From an uncultured Roseibacillus sp. (GTDB lineage Bacteria > Verrucomicrobiota > Verrucomicrobiia > Verrucomicrobiales > Akkermansiaceae), in assembly GCA_963989605.1 (NCBI GenBank), contig CAXEFH010000001.1, positions 1 through 58,767 on the forward strand: a stretch of 58,767 bases of DNA, in the 5' to 3' direction. This document shows, piece by piece, positions 1 to 9,796 of the stretch. Below the pieces are notes generated by a model. That model made no database searches. It was not told the origin of the DNA and saw only the letters and a list, made by a program, of their open reading frames with translations. Each line of letters starts with the position of its first letter. Within the stretch, counting starts at the first letter, position 1. The translations under genes were made by a program, and so were the position numbers.

Positions 1-71
1 TTTTTCAAGCAGAAGACGGCATACGAGATTTCTGCCTGTCTCGTGGGCTCGGAGATGTGTATAAGAGACAG
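1..71. other. Illumina Nextera P7/i7 library adapter (non-genomic contamination)
   Basis: nt 6-71 read CAAGCAGAAGACGGCATACGAGAT + 8-nt index slot TTCTGCCT + GTCTCGTGGGCTCGG + Tn5 mosaic end AGATGTGTATAAGAGACAG, preceded by TTTTT. Confidence 0.97.
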
Positions 72-73
72 TC

Positions 74-1582
74 TTCGTGCTTCACCTGGACTTCGCCAGT
101 GTGTCCGTGGGTTTAAGCTCCTTCATCCTGCTGTCCATGGCCGCTATCTGGTATTCGATGCGGAAGCAGTCGCGGAGGACTGCGACGATGCGACTGGAGG
201 CAGGTTCTGAGGAAGCCCGTATGGGAAGCCCGCGCATCTGGCGTTTCAGGTCTGCCGGGGCTGGCTGCGTGCTGGCCGCTGCAGGGTGCCTGCTGGGGAA
301 AGAGGGGCTGGGAGCACAGGCTGCCTTTTTCCTCTCCGGGATGTTTCTTTTGCTTGGAGGACTCTTGAACTACCGGGGCTGGCTGGAGCGAAGAGCGAAG
401 AGAAGATACCCCTCAATGTCCATCAGAGCGATGGCGACTCTCAACAGTGTGCGCCGCCCGGCGCGCAGCATGGTGGTCGTCGGGACCATGGCGTGTGGAG
501 TTTTCCTCGTGATAGCCGTGACCGCCTCGAGGAAGCACGTTGGAGCCGAATGGGCGGAGGCGGAGAGCGGGGCCGGAGGATTCGGGTTCTGGATAGAAAC
601 GACGAGTCCAATCAACCGGGCCGCTGATGCGAAGAAGGAGCCTGATTACTTTGAGATGGGGGACCTCCGGTCTCTTCTCGGGACCATCGTACCATTCCGG
701 GTGGGAGTTGGTGACGATGCAAGTTGCTTTAACCTAAATACCGCCGCCCGGCCCCGTTTGATTGCGACGGACACCGGAATGCTGGCTGAGCGCGGGGCCT
801 TTCTGCTCAAGGCGGTCTCCGAAGGAGTAGAAAAGCAGAAAGGATGGCGCTTGCTGTCTGAACCTGCCGAACCAAGAGTCCTTCGTGCATTTGTCGACCA
901 GACAACCATGATGTGGGTCCTGAAAAAGAAGGTGGGAGACCGAATTACCTATCAGGATGAACGGGGCAAGGATTTTGAGGTAGAGATTGTTGGGGCCTTA
1001 GCTGACAGTGTTTTCCAAGGCAGTATGATCGTTGACGAAGCGGCCTTTCTCCGCCTCTTTCCCTCACAGGAAGGCTATGGCCTGTTTCTGGCTGACGCCA
1101 CCGGTGATACTCGAGAGGCACTTGTCGCCTTACAGAAAGCCACGGCAGATCGTGGAGGCGTGGTGACTCCTACCCAGGAAAGGCTCGAAAGCTTCAATAG
1201 CGTTCAGAATACCTATATCTCGATTTTTCACGTACTCGGAGGCCTTGGACTGGTTCTGGGGAGTGCAGGACTGGGAGTTGTTACAGCTCGTAATCTGGCG
1301 GAGCGGCGCAATGAATTTGCGGTTCTCAATACTATCGGTATCGCCCACCGAGTGATCCGTAAGATCATTTTCAAGGAGGTTAGATCCTTTGTAGGGTGGG
1401 CCCTCCTAGTCGGTGTTGGGGCGTCGCTCATCGCCATCCTTCCTGTGTTCTCCGGAGCGCCGCCGGTAAAAACCCTGGTTGGTCTGGGGATGATGGTAGT
1501 GTTGATAGGCGCGAACAGTCTGTTCTGGGCCCTCGTCGGCTATCTTGCTGGATACCGCAGGAGCGCCGGAGTCACGGTTTGA
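74..1582 (+). CDS. ABC transporter permease, FtsX/MacB-like (5'-truncated at the adapter junction)
   Basis: The frame is open from the adapter junction. The GTG at 77 lies only 6 nt from the adapter and is not a credible start. Layout is a TM helix, a large extracytoplasmic domain, then a C-terminal 3-TM FtsX-type bundle (LGGLGLVLGSAGLGVV, WALLVGVGASLIAILPVF, LVGLGMMVVLIGANSLFWALVGY), as in MacB/LolE-type permeases. Confidence 0.7.
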   Translation, partial: FVLHLDFASVSVGLSSFILLSMAAIWYSMRKQSRRTATMRLEAGSEEARMGSPRIWRFRSAGAGCVLAAAGCLLGKEGLGAQAAFFLSGMFLLLGGLLNYRGWLERRAKRRYPSMSIRAMATLNSVRRPARSMVVVGTMACGVFLVIAVTASRKHVGAEWAEAESGAGGFGFWIETTSPINRAADAKKEPDYFEMGDLRSLLGTIVPFRVGVGDDASCFNLNTAARPRLIATDTGMLAERGAFLLKAVSEGVEKQKGWRLLSEPAEPRVLRAFVDQTTMMWVLKKKVGDRITYQDERGKDFEVEIVGALADSVFQGSMIVDEAAFLRLFPSQEGYGLFLADATGDTREALVALQKATADRGGVVTPTQERLESFNSVQNTYISIFHVLGGLGLVLGSAGLGVVTARNLAERRNEFAVLNTIGIAHRVIRKIIFKEVRSFVGWALLVGVGASLIAILPVFSGAPPVKTLVGLGMMVVLIGANSLFWALVGYLAGYRRSAGVTV

Positions 1583-1631
1583 AACTCATCCTCGTTCTTG
1601 TGCCTGCCGGAGAGGCTCGTAGGCTTTCCCC

Positions 1632-2537
1632 GTGAAGGCTCTGATGGTTGTGTTGATGATGTGCGCTCCTCTAGCCCGGGGTGGCGACTGGATGAACCTT
1701 TGGCCCGGACAGGCTCCTGGGGCCAAACGGCCGCCGGTCGGAACCGAGACCGGGGGAAGCAACTGGCGGTTTTCGAACACCGAAGTTCCCCAATACAGCC
1801 TTTTCCCTGCGGAAGAACCGAACGGGACAGGGGTGGTGATCCTGCCCGGCGGGGGCTATGCGAATCTCGCGGCAGACCACGAAGGGCGACAAGTTGCCCA
1901 ATGGTTTGCGACCCGGGGGATAACTGCCATGGTGGTAAAGTACCGGGTCAGCGCCAATCCGGACTTGGGGTATCACTTTCCAGTACCCCAGCTGGATGCC
2001 CGTCGAGCGATTCGTATCATGCGCTTCAAAGCCCGGGAGTGGGGTCTTGATCCCAGCCGGGTCGGGATCCTCGGGTTCTCCGCGGGGGGACATCTATGTT
2101 CAACCGCAGTCACGATGTTTGAGGATAAGTTCAAGGAGGAAACCAATGACAGCATTGATCAGGTCTGTTGCCGCCCTGATTTTGGCATTCTCTGTTATCC
2201 GGTCATAGCAATGGGCCAACCCTATTGCCATGGTGGATCGGTCCGCAATTTACTGGGTGACCGGCCTTCGCAGGAACTTCTGGACCGAAACAACACGGCC
2301 ACGCGGGTCACCGGGAAAACCCCTCCCATCTTTCTTGTTCACTCCGCGGATGATCGTGCCGTTCCCTTGCGGAACGGCACGGAATTTGTGGCGGCCTGTG
2401 CGGAGAAAGGGGTTCCCGTAACAAGCCATATTTATGCCAGAGGGGGGCATGGCTACGGGCTGGGACGGTCCGGTGAGTCAAAAAGCTGGCCCGACCGCCT
2501 GGAGGACTGGTTGCGCGGTAACGGGTGGCTGGATTAA
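1632..2537 (+). CDS. secreted alpha/beta hydrolase (esterase/lipase type)
   Basis: Signal peptide MKALMVVLMMCAPLARG. Oxyanion-hole LPGGGY. Nucleophile elbow GFSAGGH. Downstream acid/His candidates HSADD and GGHGY. Confidence 0.8.
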   Translation: MKALMVVLMMCAPLARGGDWMNLWPGQAPGAKRPPVGTETGGSNWRFSNTEVPQYSLFPAEEPNGTGVVILPGGGYANLAADHEGRQVAQWFATRGITAMVVKYRVSANPDLGYHFPVPQLDARRAIRIMRFKAREWGLDPSRVGILGFSAGGHLCSTAVTMFEDKFKEETNDSIDQVCCRPDFGILCYPVIAMGQPYCHGGSVRNLLGDRPSQELLDRNNTATRVTGKTPPIFLVHSADDRAVPLRNGTEFVAACAEKGVPVTSHIYARGGHGYGLGRSGESKSWPDRLEDWLRGNGWLD

Positions 2538-2579
2538 GAGTTCCCTCTGCGCTACCGCGGAAGGGCCTTCAAGGAGAGC

Positions 2580-3476
2580 TTAGTGCCCAGGTGCGTTCTC
2601 CTCACCCCCGGTTTCTTCGCCGCTGAAGTCGACTTTCTCTACGGTAGCTCCTTCCCGCAGGCTGGCAGCAAAATCCCGTAGAGCGGAGCGACGTTTTTCG
2701 AACTCGACCCGGTGCACGATGTCCTCACGAACTTCCTCAAAGGGTCGCACGACAGATGGTTTCATCTCCGCAATTTTCAGGATGTGGTAGGAATGCTCGT
2801 AAGCAATGACGGGGCTTACCTCGGCAAGCCGCATGGTAAACATGATCGATTCTATCGGGTTGGATGGCCGATCAAAGGTGATCCAGCCGAGGTCTATTTC
2901 TCCGGATTCCTTTTCGGTCTCGGCCTTGGCGATTTTCTCGAAGTCGGCCCCGTCGACGAGACTTTCGCGGAGCTGGCCCATCTCTTCCAGGAGGAGAACA
3001 GGGTCTTCATGCTTTTCGAGAGACTTCATGAAATGGAGCACCCGGACCTCGGCGACCGTTCGGAATTCTCTCTCGTTTTCCTTATAGTAGCTCTGAACGT
3101 CTTCGTCTGAGACGTCCGTTTTCCCGGCGAGCACACCGTCCAGAAACTTCTCCATGCGCAGGTTGGCCTCACACTCGTCCTGCAGGCTGTCCCTCTGCGC
3201 TTCGAGCATTTCCCAGCTCGCTCCATGCTTGCGGTATTCTTTAAGGGTGTTCTCGAGCCGCGCCTTGACCTCATCGTCAGGAAGGGTTGGGAACTGAGCC
3301 TCGGCTTCCTGTGCGATTAAGACGGAGTCAATGACTTCTTCTTCCGCCTGTTCCATGAATTCTGGATCCCGCTCGCAGCAGGAGACCTGCAGGCGAGCCT
3401 CTGCCTCGGACTTGATTCTGGCGAAGGCATCCTCCAGCAGATTTGGGTCTATGAGCTCTCCGTTAACGCGAAGCAT
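2580..3476 (-). CDS. peptidylprolyl isomerase, parvulin (PpiC/SurA-like)
   Basis: 298 aa. Helical, acidic N-terminal chaperone-like region followed by a parvulin-like C-terminal domain (VRVLHFMK...DGADFEKIAK...GGEIDLGWITFD...SYHILKI). No signal peptide seen. Confidence 0.65.
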   Translation of the reverse strand: MLRVNGELIDPNLLEDAFARIKSEAEARLQVSCCERDPEFMEQAEEEVIDSVLIAQEAEAQFPTLPDDEVKARLENTLKEYRKHGASWEMLEAQRDSLQDECEANLRMEKFLDGVLAGKTDVSDEDVQSYYKENEREFRTVAEVRVLHFMKSLEKHEDPVLLLEEMGQLRESLVDGADFEKIAKAETEKESGEIDLGWITFDRPSNPIESIMFTMRLAEVSPVIAYEHSYHILKIAEMKPSVVRPFEEVREDIVHRVEFEKRRSALRDFAASLREGATVEKVDFSGEETGGEENAPGH

Positions 3477-3525
3477 GGCTGAGAGGTAGCGTTGATGAGA
3501 TCAATCGCCAATTCGAAAGAGCATC

Positions 3526-6075
3526 TCAGTTCGCCACAATATTGACGAGGCGCCCTGGAACAACAATGACCTTGCGGACAGTCAGGCCTTCCAGATGGCC
3601 TGTGATTTTGGGGTCTGCGTGGGCGCTTGATTCAAGCTCTTCCTTCGTAGCGGTGGCTGCAACCAGAATCCGGGACCGGACTTTTCCGTTTACCTGCACC
3701 ACCATTTCGACCTCTTCCTCCACCAGAAGAGACTCATCGCAGGCAGGCCAGTCTGCTTCGAAACAGCTGCCCTCATACTCCAGTTGCTCCCAAAGTTCCT
3801 CGGTGAGATGAGGGGCAAAGGGATTGAGAAGGATGAGGAAGGAGCGGAAGAGCTCATGAGGAATCTGATTTGCCGAGGTGAAGGCGTTGATGCATTCCAT
3901 CATCTGGGAGATGGCGGTGTTAAACCGGAGTTTCTCGATATCGTCACCAACTTTCTTGATCGTGGCATGCGTGATCTTGAGAAGGGCAGGGTCCCCTTCG
4001 CCTTCTTGGAGCTTGCCGCCGATCGCCCACGCCCCCTCCTGGGTGATGACCATGGCGATCCTCCACACCTTGGCGAGGAATCGAGATACGCCCTCGACCC
4101 CCTGTGTGTTCCAGGGCTTTACCTGCTCAAGTGGGCCCATGAACATTTCATAGAGCCGAAAGGCATCCGCCCCATACTCCTCCACCACGTCATCGGGGTT
4201 AATGACATTGCCGAGTGACTTGGACATCTTACGGCCATCTTCTCCCATGATGAGGCCCTGGTTGACGAGTTTCTGGAAAGGCTCCGTCGTATTGAGATGC
4301 CCAAGGTCGTGCAGGATCTTATGCCAGAATCTGGCGTAAAGCAGGTGTAGGACGGCATGTTCCGTTCCGCCGATATACAGGTCGACGCCGCCGGGTTTGC
4401 CCTTGCCCCCGAGCCAGTAGTCCCGGGCCTCAGGAGAAAGAAACTGCTCGTCGTTCGCAGGATCACAGTAGCGCAGATAATACCAGCACGACCCAGCCCA
4501 CTGGGGCATGGTGTTGGTCTCCCGCTTTCGACCCCCGGAGAACTTAATCCAGTCTGTGGCCTTTGACAGGAGAGGCTCGGGCTCTCCCGAGGGATTGTAA
4601 TCTTCCAGTTCCGGTGCGAGTAGCGGCAATTCGCTTTCGTCAAGAGCTTCATGTCTGCCGTCCCTCCAGAGGATCGGAAAGGGCTCTCCCCAGTAGCGTT
4701 GACGGGAGAAGAGCCAGTCGCGGAGCTTGTAGTTAACCTGAGCCTCCCCGCGGACATTCTCCTGAAGCCATTCAGTGATTGCCTCTTTGGCTTCAGTGGT
4801 TGTCATTCCGTCGAGGAAGCCTGAGTTCACAGCAAGCCCTTCTTCCGTGAAGCCCTGCCAATCGGTATCGTCCGGGGGCTCCACTACCTGCAGAACAGGC
4901 AGGCCAAACTTGGTCGCAAACTCGAGATCGCGGCTATCGTGACCGGGGACGGCCATGATGGCACCGGTGCCGTAGCCCATCATGACATAGTCTGCGATCC
5001 AGATGGGGATACGGGCATCGTTCACGGGATTGACGGCCGTAGCCCCGGTGGCTACGCCGGTCTTCTCCTTGTTGAGCTCGCCGCGCTCCATTTCGGACTT
5101 GGTCGCACAGAGCTTCCGGTAGGATTCAACGGCTTCCCGTTGCTCCCCGGTGGTAATCTGGTCTACCAAAGGGTGCTCGGGGGCCAGAACCATGTAGGTG
5201 GCCCCGAAAAGAGTATCAGGTCTGGTCGTGAAGACTTCAATTTCCTCGTCGTGAGCAGGCGCCAGGGAAAAGACCACGCGCGCGCCCTCAGAACGTCCAA
5301 TCCAGTTTCTCTGGAGCATCTTGATCCCTTCGGGCCAGTCAAGATCCTCCAACTCGTCGATGAGTCGCTGGGCGTAGCTCGTGATGCGGAGCATCCACTG
5401 CTGCAGGGGCCTCCGCTCGACGCTATGCCCCTTTTCTTCCCACTCCGAAACCTCCTCGTTGGCAAGGACCGTTCCCAGACTGGGGCACCAGTTCACTGGA
5501 GCCTCTGCGACATAGGCCAGCCGAACATTGTCGATCTCCTCCTTGGTCCAGCCCTCGGCTTCCAGTTCGGAGACCGGGCGAGCTCTTTGCGTGGCTTTAT
5601 CAAAGTAGCTGTTGTAGATCTGAAGAAAGATCCACTGGGTCCACCTGACGTAGCCCGGATCGGTGGTATTGACCTCTCGCCCCCAGTCGTAACAGAAGCC
5701 CAGCATCTTGAGCTGGCGCCGGAAATTATCGATGTTGTTCTGAGTGTTGATTCTCGGATGCTCTCCGGTCTTGCGGGCGTGCTCCTCGGCTGGCAGACCA
5801 AATGCATCCCATCCCATGGGGTGGAGAACGTTGAATCCGTTCTTTTTCTTGTAGCGAGTAATGATGTCTGTCGCGGTGTAGCCTTCGGGATGGCCCACAT
5901 GCAGGCCGGCCCCGCTCGGGTAGGGGAACATGTCGAGGGCGTAGAACTTGGGTGCTGAGCGATCGAACTCGGGGTCGCCCGGCCCGGGCATTCGGAAGGC
6001 CCTCGTCTGGTCCCACCGGTTCTGCCACTTTTCCTCGAAAGAATCGAACGGGTAGGGTTTGCGTCGGTCGCTCAT
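3526..6075 (-). CDS. leuS: leucine--tRNA ligase
   Basis: 849 aa. Class I HIGH motif (HVGHPEGY) and KMSKS motif (RKMSKSLGN). LeuRS-type N-terminus ([14 protein letters not shown]) and editing-domain insertion. Confidence 0.97.
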   Translation of the reverse strand: MSDRRKPYPFDSFEEKWQNRWDQTRAFRMPGPGDPEFDRSAPKFYALDMFPYPSGAGLHVGHPEGYTATDIITRYKKKNGFNVLHPMGWDAFGLPAEEHARKTGEHPRINTQNNIDNFRRQLKMLGFCYDWGREVNTTDPGYVRWTQWIFLQIYNSYFDKATQRARPVSELEAEGWTKEEIDNVRLAYVAEAPVNWCPSLGTVLANEEVSEWEEKGHSVERRPLQQWMLRITSYAQRLIDELEDLDWPEGIKMLQRNWIGRSEGARVVFSLAPAHDEEIEVFTTRPDTLFGATYMVLAPEHPLVDQITTGEQREAVESYRKLCATKSEMERGELNKEKTGVATGATAVNPVNDARIPIWIADYVMMGYGTGAIMAVPGHDSRDLEFATKFGLPVLQVVEPPDDTDWQGFTEEGLAVNSGFLDGMTTTEAKEAITEWLQENVRGEAQVNYKLRDWLFSRQRYWGEPFPILWRDGRHEALDESELPLLAPELEDYNPSGEPEPLLSKATDWIKFSGGRKRETNTMPQWAGSCWYYLRYCDPANDEQFLSPEARDYWLGGKGKPGGVDLYIGGTEHAVLHLLYARFWHKILHDLGHLNTTEPFQKLVNQGLIMGEDGRKMSKSLGNVINPDDVVEEYGADAFRLYEMFMGPLEQVKPWNTQGVEGVSRFLAKVWRIAMVITQEGAWAIGGKLQEGEGDPALLKITHATIKKVGDDIEKLRFNTAISQMMECINAFTSANQIPHELFRSFLILLNPFAPHLTEELWEQLEYEGSCFEADWPACDESLLVEEEVEMVVQVNGKVRSRILVAATATKEELESSAHADPKITGHLEGLTVRKVIVVPGRLVNIVAN

Positions 6076-6177
6076 GGTGTCCTTTGGTCCTGAAACGGCG
6101 CGGGACGGTGGCAGATAACAGGTGGCAGGGCAAGCGCCCTGCGCTCTTCATGGGTGCTCTAGTGGTAAAGGGCCGCG

Positions 6178-7431
6178 CTATTCAATTGCGGCGTAAATCA
6201 GTGGTTTGAGGGCATCTTCGAGCAGAAAATCAAAGGGGTAGGTCTGCTCCATGGTCACCACCACCAGTTGATCTGCTGGTGAAATCCAGAAGTGAGTACT
6301 CAGCATGCCGCCCCAGCCGTATTCGCCGAGGCGCCCCGCCTTGTTCCAATCTGTTTGAGCGGTCTTGACAGAGAAGCCGAGACCGAACCCCGTGCCGTGC
6401 CTGATATTTCCCGGAAACCTGATAGGCATCGCCGGGCCCGAAAGGTGATTGCGGGTCATTGTCTCCACGGTCTTTTTCTGGAGAAGCCTCTGCCCGTTCC
6501 ATTCCCCACCGTTTGCGATCATCTGAAGGAACCTGGTATAATCCAGGATGGTCGAGGCGAGCCCTCCGCCTCCCGAAAGGAGCCTTGTTCGGGAGCTGTA
6601 AGTAAAAAGGTCCGAGTTCCTTCGGCTTAATGAGCCTTGGTTGTCAGAGTTGTAGGCGGCTGCCAATCTCATTCGTTTATCCTCCGGGATGATGAATCCT
6701 GTATCGATCATTCCAAGCGGGGTAAAAATCCGGGACTCGAAAAATTGGTCAAGAGCCATGCCTGAGGCGCGCTCCACCACCGCGCCGAGAAGGTCCGTCG
6801 AAATCCCGTAAAGCCATCCGGCCCCTGGCTCAAAGGCCATCGGGATGCGAGCTGCTTGCGTGGAGAAATCTGAAAGCTTCGTGGTCTCGCGGAGTGCGCC
6901 ATGTTCGAGATGTGGCGCGTCAATTTCCTGGATCCCGGTATCGCCATAGGAATATCCGGAGGTATGGCACAAGAGGTCCTTGACGGTGGCCGGTTTTCTG
7001 GGAGCAACCAGCTGGGCGTCTTTCCAGACCTGGGCTTTGGTAAATGCGGGCAGGTGTTTGGACACCTTGTCCTCGAGCCGGAGCTGCCCGCTCTCGACAA
7101 GGATCATGGCCGCGACTGAGGTGACCGCCTTGGTCATGGAATAGACCCGGAAGATCGTGTCTTCCGTCATGGGCTTTTTGTTTTCAATATCGCGGAGTCC
7201 GAAGTTCCCGGCGTAGACGATTTTTCCTTTGCGGGAGATCATCACGGAGGCCCCTGCGATTCTTTTATCTCGGATGAATCCCTGGACTGCATTTCCTACC
7301 ATTTGGAGTTTCTCCCGGGACATGCCCACCACCCCGGGATCCGTTACGGAAAGCTCACTACCAGCGACCTTTCCGGCGTCACAGAGTGCTGTAGTGAGAA
7401 GAGTGAACAGGAGCAGTGTGAGTCGTGTCAT
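6178..7431 (-). CDS. serine hydrolase, beta-lactamase/esterase family
   Basis: SxxK motif (YSMTK) and family-typical LLCHTSGYSY. The Met at 7431 gives a clean signal peptide, MTRLTLLLFTLLTTALC. The ORF stays open to 7467, so the start is uncertain. Confidence 0.8.
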   Translation of the reverse strand: MTRLTLLLFTLLTTALCDAGKVAGSELSVTDPGVVGMSREKLQMVGNAVQGFIRDKRIAGASVMISRKGKIVYAGNFGLRDIENKKPMTEDTIFRVYSMTKAVTSVAAMILVESGQLRLEDKVSKHLPAFTKAQVWKDAQLVAPRKPATVKDLLCHTSGYSYGDTGIQEIDAPHLEHGALRETTKLSDFSTQAARIPMAFEPGAGWLYGISTDLLGAVVERASGMALDQFFESRIFTPLGMIDTGFIIPEDKRMRLAAAYNSDNQGSLSRRNSDLFTYSSRTRLLSGGGGLASTILDYTRFLQMIANGGEWNGQRLLQKKTVETMTRNHLSGPAMPIRFPGNIRHGTGFGLGFSVKTAQTDWNKAGRLGEYGWGGMLSTHFWISPADQLVVVTMEQTYPFDFLLEDALKPLIYAAIE

Positions 7432-7852
7432 ACGAGGAGAGTTCCCTAATGTTACCATGAAACGCAAGCGAGCCTTGTTTGAGCAAACGAGTCAAGGTTC
7501 TGAAAGACAGAACCCCGCCGCGGTAGCACCGAAACCACGGCGGGGCCTCTGTCACTCCTCTCCGAGGAGAAGGAGCAAAGAATGTGTGGACTCCCTTACC
7601 TAGGGAGAGGATGGGTATCGAGTAGGCCGCCAATGATGGAGTTGCGAACTCTGTAGCTCGATATATTGAGAAGAGGAGAGGATGGCCGCCAGAGAATTTC
7701 TTATTTTTTTCTCAGTAAGCTTCTTACTATCTGCAAGTCATGAATAAGTCGGCAGGGGCCTAATTCTGCGGAGGCTCTCTCGAAAAGGGACGGAGAGTCG
7801 ACGGGCTCTTTTTCGGACTGTATTGGCTGGATCAGTCGAAGAGGATGACACA

Positions 7853-8443
7853 ATGATCCCCCTGCTGGTCGCGACCCGGAATATCCACAAGACGGAAGAA
7901 ATAGCGTCGATCCTTGGAGAGCCATACGTGGTTTCTGATCTTTCAACCCTTCCGGGTGCGCCTGATGTGGAGGAAACCGGAACCACCTTTCTTGAGAATG
8001 CGGCCCTCAAGGCAGTCGCCATCAGCAGCTTGACGGGATCGCTGGTTCTAGCAGATGACTCGGGTCTAGAAGTGGAGGCCCTCGATGGAAGGCCGGGGGT
8101 CTATTCGGCTCGCTATGCCGGAGCTGACGCGGATGATGCTGCCAATAATGGCAAGCTACTTTCGGAGCTTGCGGGCGTGCAGGGCACCCGGAGATCCGCA
8201 AAGTTCCGTTGTGTTATGGTAGTCGCGGAGGCCGGGGAGATCCTTAAGGATTTTCACGGTAGCGTTGAGGGGCGGATCCTGGAGCACCCGCAGGGGAATC
8301 GGGGGTTTGGATATGACCCCCTCTTTGTTCCTGCGGGAGAGGCTAAATCATTCGCGGAGCTGGGACCGGAAATAAAGAACGGCCTGAGTCATCGCGCCCG
8401 GGCCATGGAAGAGGTGTCGGACTGGTTGCGGCGTCGTCTCTAA
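7853..8443 (+). CDS. rdgB: non-canonical purine NTP pyrophosphatase (RdgB/Ham1)
   Basis: VATRNIHKTEE N-terminus, DDSGLEVEAL, GFGYDPLF and SHRARA motifs. The ATG at 7853 gives the usual ~196-aa length. The ORF is open from 7823. Confidence 0.9.
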   Translation: MIPLLVATRNIHKTEEIASILGEPYVVSDLSTLPGAPDVEETGTTFLENAALKAVAISSLTGSLVLADDSGLEVEALDGRPGVYSARYAGADADDAANNGKLLSELAGVQGTRRSAKFRCVMVVAEAGEILKDFHGSVEGRILEHPQGNRGFGYDPLFVPAGEAKSFAELGPEIKNGLSHRARAMEEVSDWLRRRL

Positions 8444-8554
8444 AAGAGCGGTGCGCCGGGCCACTCCGGCGGAGCTTGCGGAAGAGCAAGAGATGAAGGA
8501 GGTCGACCTCTTCGTCTGGGCTGTTACCCTAATCGAAATATTGAAGTCGTAGAG

Positions 8555-9014
8555 ATGAGAATGAAGCCTGTGCTCTGTGCTACCGCGATTGTGGTGTTGG
8601 CTTCATCGTGCGCACGTTACGGCGAGGCCCGCTATGGGGCCAACTATCGCGACCGTCATCCAGAGCACTACTCGTGAGGGGCAAGGCAGTTGCACCTCAG
8701 GCCGCCCCGGCAGCGGTGAAGCGAGCAAGTTCCGCAGCAAACAAGATTCAGGGAACGCCTTATCAGTGGGGCGCCGGTCATGCGCAGCTGAACGACTGGG
8801 GCTATGATTGTTCGGGTGCGACATCATATGTTCTCAGAGGCGCCGGGGCCATGGCGACTGGATTACCGTATGCGCACGGAATGGGTAGGTCTTCCTGCTC
8901 ATTGCAGGGTTGCGCTTTGATACTCAGGGGACATACCGACAGGACGGCCCTGGCTGGAGGCCCTATCCCCGTTCGACCAGAGGATATGTTCTGCGGCATC
9001 CTCCGGGACTCTAG
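8555..9014 (+). pseudogene. NlpC/P60-type (C40) peptidoglycan peptidase lipoprotein, disrupted
   Basis: Lipoprotein signal MRMKPVLCATAIVVLASSC runs in one frame and stops at TGA 8675-8677. The catalytic-Cys region (GTPYQWGAGH...WGYDCSGATSYVLRGAG) is in a second frame. The C-terminal part (GHGDWITVCARNG*VFLLIAGLRFDTQGTYRQDGPGWRPYPRSTRGYVLRHPPGL) is in a third frame and carries an in-frame TAG at 8886-8888. Confidence 0.6.
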
Positions 9015-9034
9015 GGGTGGTTACCGGCGAAGGC

Positions 9035-9709
9035 TCAGCTCCGGGTTTGCTCGCCAAGGCGGTCCATGATCCCCGGCAGGTCATGCGCGCTGGCGATTCG
9101 TTGATCCGCGAGGGAGAAATCACAACAGGAGGTGACCCGGTTGGGAATTGCCACGTTGGGCATCCCAGCTGCTCTGGCGGCCTTGATGCCATTGACGGAA
9201 TCCTCGATCACGAGGCAAGATGCGGGTTGCAGCCCCAGACGCTGGGCGGCTTCGAGGTAAAGATCGGGAGCGGGCTTGATGCGTGGGGCGTCATCCCTGC
9301 AGACAGTGATATCAAAGTGCTCCAGAAGGCCGATTTTATGCAGCCATCCGTCGACCCAGCGATGAGAGGAACTCGATACTACACCTATCGATAGCCCTGA
9401 TGCCCTCGCGTGTTTCACGGCCTCAGGGATTCCGGGCATGGGCCCCGCGCCCTCAAGGTTTTTTTCGATGGAAGCCTGCCGGGCGTCGTCGAGAGAGGAC
9501 CAGTCGATGGGGCTGCCGACCAGATCCTCCAGATGGGTTTTCGGGGACCAGGTCTCAAAGTCCGTACCTATGCACTGATTAAAAACTTCGAGGGGCAGGG
9601 GATGGCCATGGTCCCGAAACGTCTGGAGCCAGGCTTGGTAGATCGGCCATTCGGTGTCGACGATCAGACCGTCGAAATCATAGAGGAGAGCAAGGATGGA
9701 AGATTGCAT
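9035..9709 (-). CDS. HAD-IA family hydrolase (phosphatase / beta-phosphoglucomutase-like)
   Basis: Motif I DxDG (LLYDFDGLIVDTE), motif II (GVVSSSS) and motif III/IV (K...VIEDSVNGIKAA). Confidence 0.85.
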   Translation of the reverse strand: MQSSILALLYDFDGLIVDTEWPIYQAWLQTFRDHGHPLPLEVFNQCIGTDFETWSPKTHLEDLVGSPIDWSSLDDARQASIEKNLEGAGPMPGIPEAVKHARASGLSIGVVSSSSHRWVDGWLHKIGLLEHFDITVCRDDAPRIKPAPDLYLEAAQRLGLQPASCLVIEDSVNGIKAARAAGMPNVAIPNRVTSCCDFSLADQRIASAHDLPGIMDRLGEQTRS

Positions 9710-9796
9710 TGGAATGGTCTCAGGCCCCGGGGCCGGTGCAAGAGAGGGGGATCATCTTTTCCTCGCCCCCCGGGGTTCGTGAGGAGAGGATGTCAC

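Noticed and set aside
4939-5958. 339-aa ORF antisense to leuS. Similar long antisense ORFs occur at 11041-11859, 23049-23750, 42979-43977 and 54825-55775.
   Set aside because: Each lies entirely within a confidently identified gene on the other strand (leuS, sulfatase, M29 aminopeptidase, leuA, DUF5916). These are compositional shadow ORFs.
8608-9069. The listed 153-aa ORF taken as an intact NlpC/P60 gene
   Set aside because: Its N-terminus has no signal peptide, and after YVLRGAG its C-terminal half is not protein-family-like. The signal peptide and the conserved C-terminal block lie in the other two frames, so it is reported as a pseudogene instead.
9410-9796. Long N-terminal extensions of listed ORFs. 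Examples: 9410-9796, 12420-13109, 29779-29985, 42088-42351 and 58263-58430.
   Set aside because: The extensions overlap neighbouring genes or have non-protein-like composition. In each case an internal Met gives the family-typical N-terminus or signal peptide, so the shorter coordinates were used.
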